DNA of 20,000 nt from Catajapyx aquilonaris (lineage: Eukaryota). Position 1 is the first letter of the stretch. The number at the start of each line of letters is the position of its first letter. The translations under genes were made by a program, and so were the position numbers. The notes beneath the pieces are model-generated. The model saw only the letters and a list, made by a program, of their open reading frames with translations, was not told the origin of the DNA and ran no database searches. The DNA lies in contig JYFJ02000322.1 in NCBI GenBank assembly GCA_000934665.2, positions 123,599 through 143,598 of the forward strand. The letters run 5' to 3'. Positions 11,521 through 20,000 of the stretch are shown piece by piece.

Positions 11521-13107
11521 TTCTCTCATCTGGGAGACAAATATCTTGGCAGTATCGAAATTGCTTAAACTGGTTTAATTAACAAAGGACTTTTACGGCA
11601 ATTCCATTGACTGTGAATTTGGGTATTAGTGCACGACCCTGCTGCGTAATATTTTCAAAATGATCGTGCTTGTTTCCATTAGATGGATTAATGATCCGTG
11701 CATGCTATGTGCTGGGCAATTTACTGCTGATGATTTACCGTTGATTAGGATAACAAAACATGTGCCATTTTGTTGTCGAAGTCGTGGGGGTGGAAACTAA
11801 TTATACATTTAAAATCTCGCTGTATTCCGCGTAATTTTTAATTGGCTGGATATTTAAATATTCTCGTACAATTTTTTATTGACAGTACTTGCATTTGGCA
11901 TGGCACGATTGCAAGCATTAAGATTTTTTTTTTCAATTTCAGTTGCAGAGTTTTAGGACAGTACTTATTCAGATGCCTTTTATTGAAGGTGTATACTGAA
12001 CATTAAAGAATGTTATCATAAAGCATTGGCGGAAGACTGGTGAGATGACAAAGAGAGTGGCGTAGTGCGTTTACTTAGTGTAATGAACCCATTCAACTTC
12101 AACCGTAAATGAAAAATTTTGAAGAAAAAAAACGAGTTTTGTATTAAAGAAGCTATAGTGCAAATATTATTGCGGGAAAAGCAATCTTCCCTTTCCAACA
12201 GGGAAGAAAACAATTCCTGTATTTTGAGTGCATACTAGATGGACCATTAGGCTGTAAGTGTAACGAGTCGCTTACGTAAAACATATTATTTAATCAAATA
12301 AGTTTTCACAAATGCTACAAGATGATCGTCACTAATATTCAAATCGACACTAGTGATAATACTATTTTCATGAGCAAATGCAGTAACTTATCCGCGAATG
12401 AGGGCATGGCAGCAGGAAATTGAGACTCACCCTTGTGTGCTATTTTAATCACAACGAAAATAAACAAATCAGATAAGCCATTTTAAAACCAGCCATGTCT
12501 ATTTCAGGCATGGCCTCTCTCATAAAAATGGACTGAAGAGTTGTTGTCGAGAGCATTTGACCAAGAATCGCTCAGGCTGTGTGATTGGAAAGAATTAGTC
12601 GACATTTTATTAATTTACGCTATAAAACCAATTGTGCAAAATTACAGACAATTGGAACTACTTGCTGCAATATTAAAAGTCTAACAATTACTCGTATACG
12701 AAAGAATATTAAATAAGAAAACTGTGGTTCTTCTCTCTCCCTCTAATTTAATAACGCCATTAATTTTGTGAAATACATAACAATGTGACCAATAATACCT
12801 TAAAGCGTGTAATGCACAACGTGTTCAGTGCAGACCTCCTCACAACCAAGTTATTTCAATTGTCAGACGTTTATTGCATGAGCGATAAGATCCCAGGAGA
12901 AAAGATGACAACGTTGGCTGACATGATTTATCAGGACTGCGATCCGACCTGTCCAGATGGATAGTTTACACGCCAAAAAACTTGGCACACTTTTGAAACT
13001 AACCCAACACTGTCTGCTTTGTGTCACAAACTTTCACCTAATCAATTTAGCCACTGTCGCTTGCGACAAAAATTAATCTTGTTATGAAAAAAAATATTGT
13101 GGAGTTT

Positions 13108-13131
13108 ATTATTATTGTTGTTGTTGTTGTT
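13108..13131. repeat. Compound microsatellite (ATT)3(GTT)5
   Basis: Read directly from the sequence. Confidence 0.85.
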
Positions 13132-13559
13132 ACAAAATTTGACTTGGTGTGTCTTTTTTTATCAATCAGTAACATTAATGATATTGAATGCCCATAGTAT
13201 TGGCGCACTTAACTGCGGGTATACTCCAACAAATTAATATAGTCCTAAAATAGTTTCGCGATAGAGATTACGGAGTTGAATGACATTGCCCCATAACTTA
13301 GTGTGCTTTCGACATTTTGAGCCAGCGGGATCTCCCGATACAGTTTTCCAATCTAGCTGAAACCCTCTTCTTTCAACCCTCGAGCTTTTCCCCGTGCATA
13401 CCCCATTAAAATTACAGTCCGTTCCATTCCCGCGGCAGCTACTTTCAAAGCGGGGGTGGAGAAAAATCCGAAACAACCGCCGTAGGGCTGCTTTGGTAAT
13501 TCATCAAATTTTTTTTGTTACACCCCCGATGCTTCCTTCTTTGGAGAATCTCCCTTCCT

Positions 13560-14200
13560 CCTATAAACGCCTTGAGTTGATGGAGAAACATTCCCGCACG
13601 TTCTTTTCCCCTAGAAAGGCTCTCCATAAATCAGGCGTCCCTCTGACGTCACTCGCACTCGAATAACCAACCCGAGCTAATTACTCTCGGCGGAATATTC
13701 AAACATCTTGGGCCATGATGGTGGGTAATGCATCATGTTGGGGAGGGATGCTCGCGAGCAAAGCACATCACTTGCAAGCTCTCCCCCCCTCTTTCCTCTG
13801 GATATTTATTGGCCTCCGATTCCGGGTCTCTTTCGGTCGCCAGGGGCTGCTCCAGGGGGGATGCTGACCCCATAACTCAGCCGTCCGGATCAACTCGGAG
13901 GCAGCCCCCCCAAAAGACACCCGAACACCAACAAAACGCCCCGGCTACTCCAGGACTCTTCCACTTGATATGCAACAGAGGGAGGGGAATATATATAAAC
14001 TTTGCTTGCTGGTCCACAACACCGCCTGCTATTTCCCATCATGCAAATTTATGAATGCCCTCCAGGAACATATTGTCAGGTTGCACGTCGACTCGTGGGA
14101 TTGACCTGCTTGCGTTTTGTACAGGATGTTTCGTAATGATACTGACAAAGAGATGGCAGGGTTATCCTGGGAGTCAGGCTTTCCGGTGAGTCGATGAGGC
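13560..14200 (+). mobile_element. Degenerate L1/Tx1-like reverse-transcriptase fragment
   Basis: Motifs in RT order: SWAMM/WVMHHVGEG (cf. VSWxFxxxVLxxFGFG), SGSLSVARGCSRGDADP with RGCSRGD at 13842-13862 (cf. SxxFxVxRGCRQGDPLSP) and ESGFPVS (cf. SGLxVN). No intact YADD, and there are frameshifts. Confidence 0.3.
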
Positions 14201-14329
14201 ACTTGGGTTGCCCTGAATAGTCAGGATAAACTTCCCCAATTTTTTTTAATTATTATTAATTTCGTGGTAGTAGTGGCGCTGTCGCCTTTTGGATATTATG
14301 CTACTCTCAATTACCGTACATAATATTGA

Positions 14330-15500
14330 TACACATAAACCCTTGCACGCATCTATGTCCCGTACAGATCCGAAATCAAGCAGATAAGACCTTATTTTCG
14401 ACCCCCACAAAAACCTGCGAATTATACCAGCTTTTAACACTCAACCGCATAAAAATCCCCAAGTTTTGCTTCAAAAAAAAATATCAAAATTGTTGGAAAG
14501 CAAGCTCTCATTGTGTGCCCCACCCAGGTGGCGTCCTTCCCCAGCTAACTCCCCCCCATAGCCTGCTGTGATGCGGCCTATCGTAAATCTAGCCCCCGGT
14601 ACAAAAGCTGGAAAATGTGTTGGAAAATTGCACCGGATTTCAGTTGCAAATGGCGAGCCCATCCCCCACCCCNAACCCTCCCCTCTCTCGATCCTCTTTC
14701 TCCCAGCCACCCACAGGATCCCCCAACATCATCCCAACAGTGAACAGACCCCCCCTCCCCCTCATCCTCTCTTTTTTTGGACTTGATCGGACCAGGCTGA
14801 CTGGACAACCTCCACATCGATCCCGATTGACGTAGGTTGGGATCCCGGGAAGAGTACAATCTAAAAATGGAAAGGCACTACCATATATTAGAATATACGC
14901 AATTTTTTTGTGTAGGCGTCGGATTTTTGGATCTTGCAAAAATCCGCATTTATGATGGAGTAGAGAGTCCATCTGTGGCGTGGGGATAGGCATTGCGTCC
15001 ATTAGGGTAAGTACCAAGCACCACCGCTTTTAATCCCAGATTTAAGCTTTCCATTCTGTATATCCCACGGGGATGGTGGCTTCTGTGTGTGTGGTCACCA
15101 AGGGGGTTGGAAGGTCGAGTGGGGGTCAAACTGGAGGAGGTCTTTTGGCAGTGGTGGTAATTATTTAACAAAGAGAGAAGTTTCGTGCTCGCAGAGAGTG
15201 GTTGAAACCGCAACAATAGCCGGCTTGTACATTTAATGTAATGACGGGGTTGATATTACTGGAATAATAGAGGATTTGTAGGTGGACTTTCATAATGGGA
15301 GATCGAATGTGGTAAGGGTAGGGGCACGCTGCACCAACCTACCCAATGACCGAACCTTCCTTACCAGGGGATACACGCCTATCCTTCTGGGTGTCCTGTT
15401 ATTAAGCGTAGCCGGTGTAACATCCAGATTGGCTCAAAAGAACTCAAAAATATGGATGAATAATATGCCCCTAGACAAGCACCGCAACACATTTTTTTGT
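14330..15500 (+). mobile_element. Degenerate CR1/Jockey-group LINE reverse-transcriptase region
   Basis: Ordered echoes across frames: CWKASSHCVPHPGG at ~14491 (cf. WKxAxVxPIxKxG), RPIVNLAPGTK at ~14574 (cf. YRPISLLxxxSK), FGLDRTRLTGQPPHRSRLT*VGIPG at ~14775-14850 (cf. FLDFxKAFDxVPHxxLLxKLxxxGIxG), G*VPSTTAFNPRFKLSILYIP at ~15005 (cf. GVPQGSVLGPLLFxIYINDLP) and LLGVLL at ~15385 (cf. YLGVxI). Many stops and frameshifts. By-eye only. Confidence 0.33.
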
Positions 15501-15599
15501 AATAATCAAGATTGGCACGAATACTTTCAATTATGCCACAGTATGCAGGATGCGAGGGTGATAATGATGCAATTAGCCGAGTCCGAGTCGATTAGGCAG

Positions 15600-16520
15600 T
15601 GTGACCCCAAACCGGCTTTGGAACTTGACAATCCTGTGCTAATACCTGACATATGCGATAATCCATAATGCAAATAAGTGGATTCTGCCGTAATAAATAA
15701 TTATGGCTGGCTAAATGATGTGGCAGGCTGTCCTGGGTCTGATCACAGATCATTGCATATACAACCAGGCAGGTGCTGGGTTTTGTTTCCAAAATTTGGA
15801 AAGTCGTCGTCATCATTTTGACACACCCTGTGTAGCCTTTTTCTCGTTGTAAAAGCGCCGTTTTATAATATCTGGCTGAAAATTCGGGTCGACCCAAGTT
15901 GACCAGCCTATGGAGGTCTGCGAGCTTAGTTGCACACAGCCCCAATCGCGGTAGAGGTTTCTGGGGGACACAAGAAACGGTCTCTCTCCTAGACTCCAAG
16001 AAAGCCATTTGTTGAGCCGGAAGAGTCTCCTGTTTCCTTTGTAATGGGTCGCGCTCTTCCTCTGAGAGCCCACTGGAAACGTGACTCCAAGAAGCTCCGT
16101 CTACACACACACAGAAAGGAGACAGAACTTGCCAAAAAAAAGGTCGGATCTGGCCAGAAATTCTGTGTGGAAAAAAATTTGGGTCCGGATTCTCCCTCAA
16201 ATTATTTGTTTTGCTCGTCATTTGGAAACTGCTGATCATCCATGAGAGCCAACGAGCTAATTGAAAAAGGTCGGGCGTCAATCAAAGTGACGCCATGAAT
16301 TATGGGGGAGGAAGGGTGGTTATATGGGGGAGTTTGGTTGGATTGGAGCCAATCGAATCAGTCGTATCCAACCCCACACTGCTGGATGGAAATTAATGGC
16401 TGGTGATCAACAACGGAACAAAAAAAAAATGAGTAGAGAGATCCTGAGGATACCATTGTTGCGTTACTCCCCTCCCGCCAATTACGGACACTGCTTTTTG
16501 GCACATTACATGAATCGATT
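15600..16520 (-). mobile_element. Degenerate L2/Crack/CR1-type LINE ORF2 (RT core to C-terminus)
   Basis: On the minus strand, in order: a frameshifted GIPQGS-like stretch (16437-16457), FDWLQSNQ (16334-16357; cf. xWLxxNxLxLN), QIRPFF (~16135-16152; cf. RIRPFL), PLQRKQ (cf. KLQRLQN), LVVYAMICDQTQDSL (cf. LVYKxLxxxAPxYL) and SHNYLLR (15688-15708; cf. HxYNLR). This would explain the 229-aa ORF 15592..16281. Confidence 0.4.
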
Positions 16521-17157
16521 TGGGACCCCACTCTAAAAAAAATTAGAACGGTCGGCATAAAACACGTATCCGTAAATATTCCACTGTCATTTTGTATGTG
16601 CTTTATGTGCGTGTAATTTTCTATCGGAACCCCCCTAAAAATGGAGCCATTTGATTCAAAAATGAGCTTGGACTTGATCATGTGTAAACCTCCAATAAAA
16701 ATGGCCTAACGCACTCGACTGAATACGATCCGAAAATTGCAGCGAAAAATATGTTTTTCTGCATTACTGTAGGATGGCACTAGTAATATGATTCAGTCCG
16801 CAGGATAGGAAAAAAGTTATGAATTGTTTACACCACTAACATATTCAAACGGAATGAACAAACAGCGTATCTAAAAGTCCCTACAATTTTTTGATGATTT
16901 TGTTCATTTTTTTTTTGTAACACGAGTGCAACAGAAAGTGAACAATTAATTTCATATATTTTTCACCTCCATATGAACAGTAATGGCAGTGCACCATGCC
17001 GTGTATGTTTTAAATATGTATGAGGCAGAAAGTACTATTAATTAACAAATATAGGTCGAATAATATATTATCAAAGGCATTGATTCAAAATTAATAAAAT
17101 ATTACATTGTTTTGTTAATTACGATTCATTTCATTGCTTCAATTCATCATTATTTCC

Positions 17158-17181
17158 ATTATTATTATTATTATTATTATT
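17158..17181. repeat. (ATT)8 microsatellite
   Basis: Read directly from the sequence. Confidence 0.92.
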
Positions 17182-17600
17182 AATGGGCCATGTAGGTCGT
17201 TTAGGGGACAATTATTATATGTATGTTATACAGGGTGATATTCCCTCCAAGTTGGCGGACAGGAGAGAGAGGTGACATACTGCACGTTGACCTACTTATG
17301 GGAGCCTGAACTGATTCATTCGCTTTTCCAGCTTGGGCTGCGTTACATTGAAATCGGACATGAAGTTGCCTTTCCATTGTCAATGCTGTCAAACCCGTTT
17401 CCAGAGCTGCCACCGAAATTATATAAAATAGAAATGTGTCGTGATCCATCCACAGGAGATGGTGAAACACCAGCCCTCCCCCCTCCCCCTGCCCTCCCTG
17501 GCCTGGGTCTGCATTGTTGGGCCCTGTAAATCCCCTTTTCCAGTGAGGGGCGTTTCCCAGCTGCACGTGTCATCAGCCGGTGTTTCCCGCTTGTCCGCTC
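17158..17600 (-). mobile_element. Possible 3' end of an RLE-type (CRE-like) non-LTR retrotransposon with (TAA)n tail
   Basis: The minus strand ends in (AAT)8. Upstream translations contain AGKRP (cf. DGKRPDG), ISVAALETG (cf. PVAVETxG) and RQLHVRFQCNAA (cf. QRLSVAxQRGNA) in the expected order. Weak. Confidence 0.2.
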
Positions 17601-17785
17601 CCCTGACATGAATGTATGGATTCATGAAAGTGCATGTCTACACCCATAACCCACCTACCCTTTGCCAAACCAGATGATTACTTTTAAAAGGGATCCCGGT
17701 TAAACCCTACATGAAAATTATATACATAATGCAGGAATAAAGAACGAAACACGTCCCAGAAATGAAACACTGGAGACATGTGGGC

Positions 17786-17854
<69 letters not shown>
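17786..17854. repeat. (TAT)23 perfect microsatellite
   Basis: 69-bp uninterrupted TAT run read directly. Confidence 0.97.
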
Positions 17855-18261
17855 GTCAAGTACATGGCAACACCATGAGAAAGCTTATAGGAGAATCCTC
17901 ACTAGCTGCTGGCAGGCACTTAAGAGACCCACAAAAAAGTAGCCCATTATGTTTAGCCACTCAGATAATCAGCTAATCTGAGCTTTGCAAAAACGCACAG
18001 AGTATTGCAAAAAAGTGGCAGTTTAATATAGGATTTTTTGGAGCGTCTGAGACCCCGGAGTGGATTAAAATAAATGTGTGGATAGGAGGGGGGTCGTCTA
18101 CACGTCTGAGCCGAGAGCAGAGGAAAAGCGATACAATCCCATTTCCTGCAGAGTCGTGCCTTCCTTACTTGATTCACACACAAAAAAGACGGGAGGTCTA
18201 GGAACTGAATTTCGTGTAGTATATATATATAGCTAGGCGCCAAATCATCCTTCACAAGCAT
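17786..18261 (-). mobile_element. Possible 3' end of an L2-like LINE with (TAA)n tail
   Basis: ORF 17953..18261(-) has LAPSYI (cf. LAPxYL), IAFPLLS (cf. RAFS) and SKKSYIKLPLF (cf. FKxxLKTxLF). On the same strand it is followed ~100 bp later by the (ATA)23 run. Confidence 0.25.
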
Positions 18262-18510
18262 CCATCAATCTGGATGTATTGCTGCAGCTGCCCTGCAGCT
18301 ACTTTTCCCCATTGGCACTTCTTCCGATTCCACTTTTAAAAAAAAAAATCCCTTCCCTAGCTCGTAAACACCAATATCCCTATACAGTATATCCCCAAGC
18401 TCTCCTTTTTCCCAAAAACGCATCTTTTCCCGGCCCAGATCCAAACTAATCCGGATTTTTAGCCAAATGTGAGTGTATTAGGATGTAAAAGGATTCAGCT
18501 CACTAGTCTC

Positions 18511-18914
18511 TAACCCAACCCAACCTAACCTAACCTAACCTTTAGGTTGCTTCCAAGGTTTACGTTAGGTTCTAACCTAACCTAACCTAGCCTAGCCTAG
18601 CCTAACCCAACTGTAGGTTGATGCAAGCTTATTAGGTTAGGTTAGGTTATACTAGATTAGGTTAGGTTAGATTAGGTTAGGTTAGATTAGGTTAGGTTAG
18701 GTTAGGTTAGGTTAGGTTAGTACCAAATCTTTAGGTTGCGTCCAAGGTTTAGGTTAGGTTCTAACCTAACCTAATCTAACCTAACCTAACCTAATAAGCT
18801 TGCATCAACCTACAGTTGGGTTCTAACCTAATCTTTAGGTTGCTTCCAAGGATTAGGTTAGGTTAGCCTAACCTAGGCTAGCCTAACCCAACTGCAGGTT
18901 GATGCAAGCTTATT
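18511..18914. repeat. Interstitial TTAGG/CCTAA (arthropod-telomere-type) repeat patchwork with inverted orientation blocks
   Basis: TAACC/CCTAA tracts (from 18511, 18573 and 18762) alternate with TTAGG tracts (18632-18720, near 18749 and 18853), including TTAGA and CTAGC variants. Linker A CTTTAGGTTGC(T/G)TCCAAGG occurs at 18540, 18729 and 18833. Linker B AACCCAACTG(T/C)AGGTTGATGCAAGCTTATT occurs at 18604-18633 (+), 18793-18822 (reverse complement) and 18885-18914 (+). Confidence 0.92.
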
Positions 18915-19832
18915 TACTCTACGAACCTAGGAGCAACTGTTTCTATTGCTATTTTCAAAAACTGGATCATACTAGGTGCATATTTGTACAGGGAAGAATT
19001 AATCGGGTACAATGTCAAAGGTTTTGCGACATCTTGCACATTTTAAAACCTATTTGTCCAGTCAGAATGCCCACATGATCCAGCAAAGAGATCCGGGTCC
19101 AGTTTGAAGCAGGATCAAGCCTATTCAGAGTCGGGTAGTGAAAATGGGCAAAAATAGCGGGGTCCCTTATACTCCCTAGAAAATAAATGACGGTTTTATC
19201 ACCGTGCGGTCGCATTTGATCACTTTCACAGTCCACTCTCCTGCAATGGCAAAACCGCCCAAAAATGCGTATTGACAGTGGCTCTTGCACTGTACTTCCC
19301 CCGAATGGGCCTATAGAGCGACCTCTTTTTCCATTAGCATAACGATTTGTTTGGGGGGTGGTTGGGAATGGGGGGGGGGAGGTATAGGATGGGGATTTTT
19401 GCTGCATTGCACCCGAGTTGCTATAGTAGGTGGTTGGGATTTAGAGAGGAGCAATTGAAGTGGGATTGGAAACGGCGGCAGTTGGTATGGTGGGACACTG
19501 GGACACGGAAGGGGCGTGGCACTCAACTGACTACGTCACGGAACAACCCAGGGATAAGGAGCAAACCCAGGGTTTACTCACATCAGTTGGAAAGCCCAGT
19601 ATATTTTACACACAAAAAATCATTAAAAAGGCGAGGAATAAAACATCACCTGGCCACGCTAATGCATCATCGATCCCGGGTTCACAAAATTTAATTATCC
19701 ACATTAATGCACTCGCGTTGCTATTTATAATAATTGCAGCGCTAAACTCCTGAATAGTACACCCGTGTATGATTCATGAGAGTTATCTATGCGTAAATTC
19801 GTATTCATATGTACACACTTTCATATTTCATG

Positions 19833-19904
19833 CTGGTTTGTTGATTTCTAATGGATCCACGCAAACTATAGTTTGCGTGGATCCATTAGAAATCAACAAA
19901 CCAG
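19833..19904. repeat. Perfect 72-bp palindrome (2 x 36 bp, no spacer)
   Basis: CTGGTTTGTTGATTTCTAATGGATCCACGCAAACTA|TAGTTTGCGTGGATCCATTAGAAATCAACAAACCAG. All 36 pairs are complementary, with symmetric GGATCC at 19853 and 19879. Confidence 0.97.
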
Positions 19905-20000
19905 GTTTGTAATATATCTTTTGACAGAGAGCGTCATTATCTACACAAAAGAAAAGAAAATAAATAAAATATGGCATTTTTGAATAAAAAATGTATCTTT

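Noticed and set aside
18511..18914. CRISPR-like reading (constant linkers with variable spacers) or a true telomere
   Set aside because: The spacers are simple TTAGG repeats, the linkers switch orientation and there are no cas genes. Unique sequence continues on both sides, so it is not a chromosome end.
19015..19200. NWTRISLL in ORF 19015..19407(-), resembling the RT NYRPISLL motif
   Set aside because: Single motif without supporting neighbours.
35..19753. Remaining short ORFs (60-130 aa) in the supplied track
   Set aside because: They overlap in many frames, mostly use non-ATG starts, and show no operon structure, coding bias or family motifs. This is consistent with chance ORFs in eukaryotic non-coding DNA, although small exons cannot be excluded.

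Overview
Eukaryote-like (probably invertebrate) repeat-rich non-coding DNA. I found no intact protein-coding gene, rRNA, tRNA or CRISPR array, and none of the supplied ORFs reads as a full recognisable protein. Directly visible structures are: a ~340-bp foldback/MITE-like inverted repeat (11113-11453) packed with CRE, CCAAT, YY1 and RFX-like motifs; a perfect 72-bp palindrome (19833-19904); an interstitial TTAGG/CCTAA array that repeatedly flips orientation around two fixed linker motifs (18511-18914); three copies of a ~180-bp tandem repeat (5409-5946); a small element with 11-bp terminal inverted repeats (7593-7754); and ATT microsatellites. Between these lie several very degenerate stretches whose translations faintly echo non-LTR retrotransposon ORF2 motifs (CR1/L2, L1/Tx1, RTE, CRE-like) and one EnSpm/CACTA-like transposase motif. 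These were judged by eye and are low-confidence. I cannot support a new protein-based system. The best leads are the palindromic and telomere-repeat architectures. The uniformly blurred transposon relics also raise a data-quality or provenance question.
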